64,000 nucleotides of DNA from Candidatus Poribacteria bacterium (GTDB taxonomy: Bacteria > Poribacteria > WGA-4E > PCPOR2b): NCBI GenBank assembly GCA_965208325.1, contig OZ242326.1, positions 416,001-480,000 on the forward strand, written 5' to 3'. Both the position numbers and the translations under genes were made by a program. This document shows positions 1-9,256 of this stretch, piece by piece (positions within the stretch are counted from its first letter, which is position 1; every line of letters starts with the position of its first letter). The notes under the pieces were generated by a model. It saw only the letters and a list, made by a program, of their open reading frames with translations, was not told where the DNA came from and did not search any database.

Positions 1-1060
1 CAATATCTTCCTCTAACATGAATAGACCATTTTCAATCATCCGGGCAATGAGTTCTCTGGTTTCCGCTTCAGAGGTGGGCGGCGCATTGTCAACATCCGC
101 TAATGGATGGCATTGAGAGCAAGTAATTTCAAAAAGTTCTAGTGCCTCTGCAGGGTCATAGCTCGCCTGGTCCGAGCTGGCCGTAACAATGGCATCGGGG
201 TCTTGAGTAACAATGTCCGGTCCCTGGACGGCGTCAGGTTGCGGACTGAAGGCCGATTGCAGCGCAACTTGTGACTGGCTGGCTTGCATCTCTTCTTTTC
301 TCTGCTCTTTCACCGAGTTTTGTATGTCAGGCGTAATCGCAATTAAGTATGCCGATACTGTCCACTGTTCTTCCTGGCTAATCGGTTCTCCAATGACGGG
401 CTTAATCGCCATTCGATTGACCAGCCGAACCCAATCCGGCGGAGTCCGGGGGCGAACAAGAATTGTTCGTAGGTCGTGGCACTGGACGCATTTCTTCAAT
501 AGTACGTCCTGTCCGTCGCGCAATTTTCGTTTGGAAGCGAGTTTATCCAGCGGTGCATCGTCAGGCAATCCGGCTGTCTGCAACATTTTGTGCGTTCTTT
601 GCATACCGGCTTCACTAAAGACTTCTTGGGATGTTCGCAGGGCGCGTTCACGCAGTGTGAAAGGCACAGACAAGCCGATTAACAGATAGGTACACAACAA
701 TAGGGCAGTTCCAAGATACGGCATGGCTTCTTCGAAGTGCCTGAAGAAGCGGAGGATGGCGATCTTGACCAATAACAGCACGCCGATGGTAATGCCAAGC
801 ATCAAGTGGGCAACAGTGCGCGGCGGGAGTTCAATCTGATAGTTCCACAAGCGGGGCACCATATGCCACATCATGCAGACATAAAGTATCGCATACGAAA
901 TGCCAATGAGACGGTGTATCAATACGAGCGGCGCAGGAGCGGCGCTTGTGCGGGTTTTTTCATCGAAAGGATAACCCCACAGTTTGTACATTAGGAACAC
1001 CGCGGCATTGCCTAAACCTAAGAATAAAAGGCCAAGTATGGCGCTTGTCGAAGTAGACAT
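1..1060 (-). CDS. Membrane-anchored c-type cytochrome (N-terminal TM region plus two CxxCH heme motifs); runs off the left window edge
   Basis: Not in the ORF track. Manual translation from ATG 1060 gives MSTSTSAILGLLFLGLGNAAVFLMYKLWGYPF..., several hydrophobic helices, then in-frame CVQCH (~476-490) and CSQCH (~107-121). Confidence 0.8.
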   Translation of the reverse strand, partial: MSTSTSAILGLLFLGLGNAAVFLMYKLWGYPFDEKTRTSAAPAPLVLIHRLIGISYAILYVCMMWHMVPRLWNYQIELPPRTVAHLMLGITIGVLLLVKIAILRFFRHFEEAMPYLGTALLLCTYLLIGLSVPFTLRERALRTSQEVFSEAGMQRTHKMLQTAGLPDDAPLDKLASKRKLRDGQDVLLKKCVQCHDLRTILVRPRTPPDWVRLVNRMAIKPVIGEPISQEEQWTVSAYLIAITPDIQNSVKEQRKEEMQASQSQVALQSAFSPQPDAVQGPDIVTQDPDAIVTASSDQASYDPAEALELFEITCSQCHPLADVDNAPPTSEAETRELIARMIENGLFMLEEDI

Positions 1061-1290
1061 ATAGAAGTTCCCTCCATCAGGCTGTGTGGCCAATTTGAAG
1101 ATAGTAGAGTTAGCCAATTGTAACACAAAGCCGTGCGATTGTCACCACTACTTTACCGGCGGGGCTTTTTGCATTGGCACGGTTTTTTATTGTGTGATAC
1201 AATAATCTTAAGTGTTTTTAATTTGCCGGGTGGCAAATTGTCCCAATTAACCCTTGTGTTGTGCTTATTTAGTTGATGAAGGAGTTGAAT

Positions 1291-1905
1291 ATGAGTAGAA
1301 AACTTCTGTTGATGCTGGCGTTAGCTGCGGTTGTGTGCGGTCTTGTGTTTACCGTACAAAGCCACATGGGCGGGAAGAATGAAGTTCAGCCAATGTACGG
1401 CAGCCTGCTAATTGATGGTTATGATTTTAAGAACGATGTTGGGCCAAAAGGCACCATAATATACGATGAAGACAAAAATGAATTTAGAGGCACCTACATT
1501 GGGCTAAAGATGCCCCAGGGACGCCGCGCTGTCTTCGCATGGCTTTACGATACTGTCAATCAAAAAGCTGAATATCTCGGACCGGTCGGCTGGCTAAAAG
1601 TTGGTACTGCCGGCAAGAATAAGGGGAAGTTCGCCATTAAAGTGCCGGATAAATTTGAGGGCGGTAACTTTGGTAGTTACGAAATTATCGGATTCACAGC
1701 CGAGAAAACATTGCTAATAGCGAACGGTACGGAGGTAGTAGAGAAGCCGGCGAAGCCTGCCGGAAGCAAAATATTAAAGAAATTGGATCCGGCTTTTTAC
1801 TTGTACGCTGCGCTGCCCAACTCAGACACGCCAATGCACTACTGTGGACACGGGGGAGATTTCTTTTTCGCGAAGGATTTGGAGAATCAACTCTGTTACG
1901 ACTGA
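1291..1905 (+). CDS. Hypothetical exported protein
   Basis: ORF with AAGGAG RBS before ATG 1291; signal-peptide-like N-terminus MSRKLLLMLALAAVVCGLVF. Confidence 0.75.
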   Translation: MSRKLLLMLALAAVVCGLVFTVQSHMGGKNEVQPMYGSLLIDGYDFKNDVGPKGTIIYDEDKNEFRGTYIGLKMPQGRRAVFAWLYDTVNQKAEYLGPVGWLKVGTAGKNKGKFAIKVPDKFEGGNFGSYEIIGFTAEKTLLIANGTEVVEKPAKPAGSKILKKLDPAFYLYAALPNSDTPMHYCGHGGDFFFAKDLENQLCYD

Positions 1906-2235
1906 CTGTGCGGCACAACATATTCCAAGTGCAAAGCTGCTGGATTAAAAGCCCACGGCAAATAGCATTTTGAATATGTCCTCGGCTCGTGAAGTCGAGG
2001 TAAATCAGTTTACCAGAAATACCGCAACACGAAAATCTATCGGCTGCCGAATCATATTTGTATGGTTTGAGTTTGACGTAAGCCTGGCGCAATTGAGCGG
2101 AATGCTGGACGGTAGTGATGTCCTTGCCGCGCCGATATTGCATCGTCACGACGCGCAATTTTCGGCGCAACAACAGATGATTGAATGGATGTGCGGCGTT
2201 GATTGAATTTTGAACTTGCTGGGAGGTGAAGCGCT

Positions 2236-2598
2236 ATGGGCTATTGTGCAGCGGTACCAGTCTTGCGTATATTTGACGAGGCTAAAGCGAAGGAATTTTA
2301 TGTCGATTTCTTGGGCTTCAACGTCGATTGGGAACACCGATTTGATGACAATGCGCCGCTCTACATGCAGATCTCCAAGGATAACTGTGTCATCCATTTG
2401 TCAGAGCATCACGGCGATTGTTGCCCCGGCGGAGCAATGAAAATTGAAACGACGGAAATAGATGCATACGAGAAAGAACTAAACGACAAGAATTACCGGT
2501 ACTATCGGCCGGGGATAGACGACATGCCATGGGGCAGCAGAGACATGTCTGTCAAAGATCCATTCGGCAACAGACTGACGTTTACAGACGCGGTATGA
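2236..2598 (+). CDS. Glyoxalase/bleomycin-resistance (VOC) family protein
   Basis: Motifs PVLRIFDEAKAKEFYVDFLGF, HLSEHHGD, PWGSRDMSVKDPFGNRLTF; GGAGG RBS. Confidence 0.9.
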   Translation: MGYCAAVPVLRIFDEAKAKEFYVDFLGFNVDWEHRFDDNAPLYMQISKDNCVIHLSEHHGDCCPGGAMKIETTEIDAYEKELNDKNYRYYRPGIDDMPWGSRDMSVKDPFGNRLTFTDAV

Positions 2599-2708
2599 CG
2601 TCCGGAAACACGACGATTTGCCGCTCCTTTTTGCTCCAGCCGCTAACCCACCCCAGCGCTTCGGTTTCTTGCGCGCTCGCTTTGTAATCAAAATGTCAAG
2701 GCGTCCGA

Positions 2709-5126
2709 ATGAACGTAAAACAGATTCGAATTTTACACGCTGATGATACGGTCCTGATGCGTATCAGCCGTGAAGGTTTGCTATCACTTAACCTTGCCGA
2801 GATGCAAGCGATCCAGGCTTACTTCGCGGATGTAGGTAGAGATCCGACGGATGTTGAACTTGAAACGCTTGCCCAAACCTGGTCCGAGCATTGCGTTCAT
2901 AAGACGTTCCGGGGGTTGATTGAATATTCCGAAGATGGCAGCGAGACAGTCGTGATCGATGGGCTGCTCCAGACAACGATAATGCGGGCAACACATACCA
3001 TTGACAAAAGTTGGTGCGTCTCAACATTTTCCGATAACGCCGGCATCATCGAATTTGATGATGAGTATAACGTCGTATTCAAAGTCGAAACGCACAACCA
3101 CCCATCTGCAATTGAGCCGTATGGCGGCGCCGGAACGGGAATCGGAGGCGTCATTCGGGACTCGCTCGGCACAGGGCTTGGCGCCAAACCCGTATTGAAC
3201 ACGGACGTTTTCTGTCTAGGGCTTCCAAATATGGATTATGACGCTTTGCCCAAAGGTGCGCTCCATCCGAAACGTGTTTTCAAAGGCGTCGTAGCGGGTG
3301 TGCGAGACTACGGTAATCGCATGGGCATTCCGACGGCAAACGGTGCAGTTCTATTCGATGATCGGTATACTGCCAATCCGCTTGTATTCTGCGGCAATGT
3401 CGGTCTGATTCCAAAAAACCGGTGCGGTAAAGAGGTTATTCCCGGCGACCGCATCGTTGCGCTTGGCGGACGGACCGGACGTGACGGTATTCACGGGGCG
3501 ACTTTTTCTTCGCTAGAGTTAGATGACACCTCCGAGACACTCGGCAGCGTCGTACAAATTGGCAACCCGATTATGGAGAAAAAAATCGTTGACGCCTTAC
3601 TGCAAGCGCGTAATGGCGCACTTTTCCGCTCCATCACGGATTGCGGCGCCGGCGGATTTTCCTCGGCGATTGGTGAAATGGGTCAGCATACGGGCGCAGA
3701 GGTACATTTAGAAAGCGTACCGCTCAAATACGCAGGCCTTGAACCTTGGGAGGTTTGGCTTTCCGAGGCACAGGAACGGATGGTACTTGCGGTTCCATCC
3801 GAAAACCTTGATGCGCTGATGCAAATTTGCGATGCGGAATCGGTCGAAGCTTCGGTGCTTGGAAAGTTTACAAACAGCCGAAAATTGCGCGTGTTATTTG
3901 ATGGGGAAATCGTCGCGGATATGGATATGGATTTCCTTCACGGTGGATTGCCGCGTATTACAAAAAAGGCTGTTTGGGAATTACCTCAACACCCTGAACC
4001 AAATGCGTCAGAACTTGCGGGAACGGATTTCTGTTCTAAGTCGTCGCAGTCAGAAATAACGGAGATGCTCTTCAAGATTCTCGGCAGCCCCAACGTCGCT
4101 AGCAAAGAATGGGTCATCAGACAATACGACCATGAGGTTCAGGGCGGGATTGTCGTCAAGCCGCTCGTTGGAAGTGAAAATGACGGCCCAGGGGATGCGT
4201 GCATCACAACGCCGGTCCTCGGTTCACGACGAGGACTCGTTGTAGCGAACGGTGTCAATCCGAGATATGCAGACATCGATCCGTATCACAGCGCCGCGTC
4301 CGCAATTGACGAAGCACTGCGAAATGTCATCGCAGTGGGCGGCAACCTTGAACGCACCGCTCTGCTCGACAACTTCAGTTGGGGGAATCCCGATAAACCG
4401 GATAGGCTTGGCGGCTTAGTACGTTCGGCGAGAGCGTGCCACGATATTGCCGTCGCCTACGGTACGCCCTTCATCTCCGGCAAGGATAGTCTATACAACG
4501 AATACCGGGATACCACCACCGGTGAGCAACTGGCTATCCCGCCGACACTGCTAATCTCCGCTATTTGCGTCATGCCGGACGTGGGTAATGCAGTTACCAT
4601 GGATGCGAAATCGCCGGGAGATTTGGTCTACATCGTCGGGGAAACCTATTCCGAACTCGGCGGATCGCATTACTATGCCATGCAAGGCTATATCGGAAAC
4701 GACGTGCCCAAAGTACGCCCCAAAGAAGGCAAACGGACGATGACAGCGATTAGCCGCGCTATCGAAAATCAACTCGTCCGTGCGTGCCACGACTGTTCAG
4801 AGGGCGGCATAGGCGTCGCGGCGGCGGAAATGGCATTTGCCGGTGGAATGGGTATGCAATTGGATTTGGCGAACGTTCCGCGCGACGCATCCATCACGGC
4901 GGACGGTGTGCTGCTGTTCTCCGAATCCAACAGCCGATTCGTGTTGAGCATCGCCCCCGAAAACCGTGGAGCGTTTGAGGCGGCAATGGCGGGCATCGCT
5001 GTCGGCCTCATCGGCACGGTGGTCGAAACTTCAGATTTTGTTGTTAAGGGGTTGCGTAGAGAGACTATAATTCAAACGGCTACCAATCAACTCAAGGAAC
5101 ATTGGAAGCGGACATTTCGCTGGTGA
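2709..5126 (+). CDS. purL: Phosphoribosylformylglycinamidine synthase subunit PurL (no glutaminase domain)
   Basis: WSEHCVHK, KVETHNHPSAIEPYGGAGTG, GRDGIHGAT, DCGAGG, SEAQERM, QYDHEV. Confidence 0.97.
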   Translation: MNVKQIRILHADDTVLMRISREGLLSLNLAEMQAIQAYFADVGRDPTDVELETLAQTWSEHCVHKTFRGLIEYSEDGSETVVIDGLLQTTIMRATHTIDKSWCVSTFSDNAGIIEFDDEYNVVFKVETHNHPSAIEPYGGAGTGIGGVIRDSLGTGLGAKPVLNTDVFCLGLPNMDYDALPKGALHPKRVFKGVVAGVRDYGNRMGIPTANGAVLFDDRYTANPLVFCGNVGLIPKNRCGKEVIPGDRIVALGGRTGRDGIHGATFSSLELDDTSETLGSVVQIGNPIMEKKIVDALLQARNGALFRSITDCGAGGFSSAIGEMGQHTGAEVHLESVPLKYAGLEPWEVWLSEAQERMVLAVPSENLDALMQICDAESVEASVLGKFTNSRKLRVLFDGEIVADMDMDFLHGGLPRITKKAVWELPQHPEPNASELAGTDFCSKSSQSEITEMLFKILGSPNVASKEWVIRQYDHEVQGGIVVKPLVGSENDGPGDACITTPVLGSRRGLVVANGVNPRYADIDPYHSAASAIDEALRNVIAVGGNLERTALLDNFSWGNPDKPDRLGGLVRSARACHDIAVAYGTPFISGKDSLYNEYRDTTTGEQLAIPPTLLISAICVMPDVGNAVTMDAKSPGDLVYIVGETYSELGGSHYYAMQGYIGNDVPKVRPKEGKRTMTAISRAIENQLVRACHDCSEGGIGVAAAEMAFAGGMGMQLDLANVPRDASITADGVLLFSESNSRFVLSIAPENRGAFEAAMAGIAVGLIGTVVETSDFVVKGLRRETIIQTATNQLKEHWKRTFRW

Positions 5127-5250
5127 TTTCACTTGCACTAGCTTGTGTACAAAAATGGTTGTTTTAAAGTAGTTGACCGATTGTGACGCGAGGTTTAGTT
5201 TGATTGACGTGTGTATGAATCTGCAACAAGAACCAAAGTTGCGTCGGCAG

Positions 5251-6702
5251 ATGAATTCTCACATTTTACGCCGACGTCCCGGCTGTTTTCTACTCCTTGG
5301 GATTTGGATATGCAGTGTACTGGGATGTAATTTTTCGGGCCGAGACCGTACCCCGCCCCAAATTAAACTCACAATCCAGAATACGTTGCCAATAGAGCGC
5401 CTCAACGTTCCCATCGTGCTCACGCTTGAAGAGCTTAGGTCGGTTGCTTCGGATTTTTCGTTTGATATTTTCTTGGTAAATCCTAGTCAACGAGGTCCTG
5501 AAATTCATAGCCAAACCGACGATACTGATTATGACGGCAAAAAGGACGAATTGATATTTCTGGTAGACCTCGCGCCTCGGGAAACCAAAGAGGTTTCAAT
5601 CCTATATGAACCCCGAGACGGCGCCAATTACAGGACGCCGTTGACGCTTGAATTTCCAAAGCGGACAAGATCCGGTATTTTTCCAGAATTAAATGGGTTT
5701 GCAGCGTTGGAGTCTGAGTCAATTGCTTATGTTCTACATGATGACGGGTCGACTCAAGCCTACGGAAAGCGGAAAAAGCTGCTGTTTACAATTGAGCCGC
5801 ATTTTCAGAATGAGTTAGAATACCGCAATGCTGTTTCACCTGAGTTACGGCAAGCATTTGAAAAAAATGGCGTTGGGTTATCTCGGAATATCACAGTTGA
5901 AATTCAGACGCCCGAAAGTGATTGGGTGATTATCGACCAGCAGAGTAAGCAAAAATTCTCAGTCCGGAAAGAAGAAAACCAACTTAACGTCTACAATGCT
6001 AAGGAATTGTCAATCGATCGATTTATCGGCCGGACCGATGGTGCATACGACGATGATCCCGATATCATGACCGCGCTTACTCCGTCCCACGGGTTAATCG
6101 GCTGCGGCGGCTTCGCACTTTGGGACAAAATCAGCCAAGGTCTAATTGCGCCCACCCATGAAAATGACTACACACGAGTGCTTTCCGACGGTCCCATTCG
6201 GTCCATCGTACAGCGGATAATACCCAATTTTCCCTTAAATACGGGTACAATTCAATTGACGTCAACGACTATGATTTATGCGGGTCACCAGTGGGGAGAA
6301 CATCACATCGAAGCGCCCGGGCTAACATCGAGATATTGTATTGCAGCGGGTGTTCCAACTGACGGCTACAGCTTGGGCGAAAACGCAACAGAAGGGTGGC
6401 TATGGACTCGGAATCAACCAGCCCTTACATCACCGCCATCTAAACTTGATATGGGCATCGTTTTCCCGCCAGATCGATTCGAGACATTCAAAGAGTTGGT
6501 CTCAACGAAATCTGATACCAAAACCTACACCGCGCTGATGAACCCGTCTGACAACGGGAGGCTTGTATACCGTTTTGCGTGTGTTTGGAAAACTGATGAA
6601 ATCAAGGCTGAAGCGGATGTGCACCAATTTGTTCAATTTTCGGCGGCGGACTTCCGTACGCCGCCGGTAATTACATTTTTGCCCCAGTCGTCAAAGCGGT
6701 AA
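5251..6702 (+). CDS. Exported/lipoprotein, DUF4861-like
   Basis: Lipobox-like SVLGC; QTDDTDYDGKKDELIFLVDL, ALESESIAY, GCGGFALW, DGPIRSIV resemble DUF4861; start uncertain (5173-5251). Confidence 0.6.
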   Translation: MNSHILRRRPGCFLLLGIWICSVLGCNFSGRDRTPPQIKLTIQNTLPIERLNVPIVLTLEELRSVASDFSFDIFLVNPSQRGPEIHSQTDDTDYDGKKDELIFLVDLAPRETKEVSILYEPRDGANYRTPLTLEFPKRTRSGIFPELNGFAALESESIAYVLHDDGSTQAYGKRKKLLFTIEPHFQNELEYRNAVSPELRQAFEKNGVGLSRNITVEIQTPESDWVIIDQQSKQKFSVRKEENQLNVYNAKELSIDRFIGRTDGAYDDDPDIMTALTPSHGLIGCGGFALWDKISQGLIAPTHENDYTRVLSDGPIRSIVQRIIPNFPLNTGTIQLTSTTMIYAGHQWGEHHIEAPGLTSRYCIAAGVPTDGYSLGENATEGWLWTRNQPALTSPPSKLDMGIVFPPDRFETFKELVSTKSDTKTYTALMNPSDNGRLVYRFACVWKTDEIKAEADVHQFVQFSAADFRTPPVITFLPQSSKR

Positions 6703-6783
6703 TGTGTGCAATGGGTGACAGCGTGTGATTGGCGGTTTTAATCGTGATTTCAGCAGTCCAATCAGCAATTCAAGAGACTGACT

Positions 6784-7380
6784 ATGCTTAACAAAGAAGA
6801 TTGCCTTAAAATCATCGCCAAGCACAGAACGGATGAAGTCGTCATTACAACAATGGGGTGCGTAGCCGTTTGGGGAGAGATTTCTGAACACCCGCTAGAT
6901 TTTGCTTCTGTTGGCAGCGCAATGGGGCATGCTGCTGATTTCGCATTGGGGATTGCGCTTGCAAGGCCAGACAAAAAGGTGTTGGTACTAAATGGCGACG
7001 GGAGCATGCTGATGAGCTTGGGCACGCTTGCAACGGCTACCGGGTTGACGAGACCGCCGCACAACTACTACCTATTCGTGTGTGAAAATAGTGAGTATGA
7101 AGTAACAGGCAACCAATCGATACCCGGGGGAATGAACTTTAGCTTCACCGCAGTTGCGCACGGGTCGGGATTTGAGAAGATTCATCGGATCGAGGAACCT
7201 TCAGTGCTGGACAGTGCCGTACCGCGTATTTTGGCTGAGGAGGGCCCTACCTTTATAAACCTTAAAATCGCGTCTTCAAATTCGCAGCCGCCGCATCGGA
7301 GTTCAGCAAATTCGGTTGGGTATTTGCGGGAAACGCTTTCCCAGTCAGCGCGCAAATTAGCAAAAGCGTTGAAGTCATGA
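6784..7380 (+). CDS. Thiamine-diphosphate-binding enzyme, sulfopyruvate/phosphonopyruvate decarboxylase beta-subunit-like
   Basis: GSAMGHA, GDGSMLMSLGTL...N ThDP motif, YEVTGNQ. Confidence 0.85.
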   Translation: MLNKEDCLKIIAKHRTDEVVITTMGCVAVWGEISEHPLDFASVGSAMGHAADFALGIALARPDKKVLVLNGDGSMLMSLGTLATATGLTRPPHNYYLFVCENSEYEVTGNQSIPGGMNFSFTAVAHGSGFEKIHRIEEPSVLDSAVPRILAEEGPTFINLKIASSNSQPPHRSSANSVGYLRETLSQSARKLAKALKS

Positions 7381-7618
7381 ATCTTCTGCGTAGTTCCGTC
7401 CCTACTCGAGCGGCAGAAAAACCCATTTTGGAATACCCCGATTCAACTTGGGCACGGGAAGGTGTTCTACACCGCGCACCGGCAAAATCGACACCTAGTA
7501 GAAGCAGATACAACGCCGTTCGGATTTAAACAAACCGCTTTATGCGCTGTACGTGGAAGCGATTGGCTGCTGATTAGTTTGTTCCACTGATGCGAAAAAC
7601 TTCAGAAGGGAGAATCCG

Positions 7619-8209
7619 TTGAAACGTCTGATTGTTGCAATTACCGGAGCGAGCGGCGTTGTTTACGGGATACGGTTACTGAAAATCCTTGCGCATCAAA
7701 AGGAATATGAGATACATTTGACAATTTCCCGTTCGGGGGCAACGGCGTTGTGGGAGGAGCTTCAGGTACGTGTAGACTTGGACAACTTTGAGCTTGCATC
7801 GCTGATTGGGTTTGACTCAGAAATTGTGGTATACCATCGTGAGTCCGACATTGCGGCTCCCATTGCGAGCGGATCTTTTCGCACACAAGGCATGATAATT
7901 GCCCCGTGCAGTATGGGAACATTGGGGTCGATCGCCGCCGGAATTTCGCGCAACCTCATCCATCGTGCTGCCGATGTCTGTATTAAGGAGCGGCGCAAGC
8001 TGGTGCTAATGCCGCGTGACACACCGCTCAGCTCCATCCATCTCGAAAACATGTTGAAACTGTCACGCATCGGTGCGTGCATTCTGCCCGCAATGCCGGG
8101 TTTTTACCACTTCCCTAAAACTGTCGATGACCAGATTGACTTCGTGGTCACCAAAGTGCTAGATCAATTCGACTTTGATGCCGGACTGATTCAACGATGG
8201 AAGGAATAG
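7619..8209 (+). CDS. ubiX: Flavin prenyltransferase UbiX
   Basis: ITGASG, IASGSF, APCSMGTL, RAADVCIKERR, PAMPGFY. Confidence 0.95.
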   Translation: MKRLIVAITGASGVVYGIRLLKILAHQKEYEIHLTISRSGATALWEELQVRVDLDNFELASLIGFDSEIVVYHRESDIAAPIASGSFRTQGMIIAPCSMGTLGSIAAGISRNLIHRAADVCIKERRKLVLMPRDTPLSSIHLENMLKLSRIGACILPAMPGFYHFPKTVDDQIDFVVTKVLDQFDFDAGLIQRWKE

Positions 8210-8236
8210 TGGACTTCTTGTATTGAGAAAAAGCGA

Positions 8237-9100
8237 ATGATTTTCCGTAAAATCAAAATCATCCTTGAGATGATTAAGTTCGAGCACACCATATTCGCGC
8301 TTCCGTTTGCGATCATGAGCGCGTTCATTGCCTCCGACGGTATCCCCGCACCCGACAAACTTATTTGGATACTCTTCGCCATGATCGGTGCGAGAAGTTG
8401 CGCCATGGCGTTCAATCGCCTTGCCGATTCCGGTTTCGACAGCGCTAATCCACGGACAGCCGCGCGCGCGATCCCGGCGGGAAGGATTACAAAACGGGCG
8501 GTGTGGGTGTTCACTGTCGTTTCTGCCGCCCTGCTAGTGTTCGCTGCGTACAAACTCAATCCGCTCGCATTTACACTTTCGCCGGTCGCGCTTGCCGTGA
8601 TAGTGGGGTACTCCTACTCAAAACGGTGGACTATTCTCTCGCACTTCTGGCTTGGGCTATCAATCTCTATCGCCCCGATTGGCGCCTGGATTGCTATCAC
8701 CGGCACGCTTGATTGGCCGCCAATGCTGCTCGGTTCGGCGGTGTTGCTTTGGATTGGTGGATTTGACATTATCTATGCTTGCCAAGATTATGAATTCGAT
8801 CGTAAGCACGGGCTTTTCTCAATTCCGGCTCGTTACGGAAAACAGCGTGCATTGCGATTGTCGTCAACGCTGCATGCCGTGATGGTTGCGGTGCTCATTG
8901 GTGTAACTGCAATAACGGACCTGGGCGTTTTCTACCTGATTGGCGTAGGAATCGTCACGATTCTTCTCATCTATGAACATGCAATCGTCAGACCTAATGA
9001 TCTCTCAAGAGTAAACCTCGCGTTCTTCACACTGAATGGCGTTGTGAGTTTGGTGCTCATGGCGCTGTCAGTGGCAGACATGCTGGTTGGTATAAACTGA
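8237..9100 (+). CDS. ubiA: UbiA-family polyprenyltransferase (MqnP-like, futalosine menaquinone pathway type)
   Basis: KFEHTIFALPFA, NRLAD...D..NPRT..R, GFDIIYACQDYEFD; adjacent to ubiX. Confidence 0.9.
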   Translation: MIFRKIKIILEMIKFEHTIFALPFAIMSAFIASDGIPAPDKLIWILFAMIGARSCAMAFNRLADSGFDSANPRTAARAIPAGRITKRAVWVFTVVSAALLVFAAYKLNPLAFTLSPVALAVIVGYSYSKRWTILSHFWLGLSISIAPIGAWIAITGTLDWPPMLLGSAVLLWIGGFDIIYACQDYEFDRKHGLFSIPARYGKQRALRLSSTLHAVMVAVLIGVTAITDLGVFYLIGVGIVTILLIYEHAIVRPNDLSRVNLAFFTLNGVVSLVLMALSVADMLVGIN

Positions 9101-9256
9101 TTTTTCGCCGAGTTAATCATCAGTGTGCAGTGTAGTATGCAACCCCTTCCGACGGTATTAAATCACAAGCGCACCACGGTGGGATGCAGAACATCACTGG
9201 GGAAATTGAAGTTGAATCGCAAATGCGCCCTCCTCGTCAAATTACCGCCTTATGTT

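Noticed and set aside
213..994. Plus-strand ORFs 213-689 and 806-994
   Set aside because: Antisense shadows of the minus-strand cytochrome c gene
1125..1240. Possible riboswitch/terminator hairpins between the divergent genes
   Set aside because: Imperfect stems only; no riboswitch consensus recognised by eye
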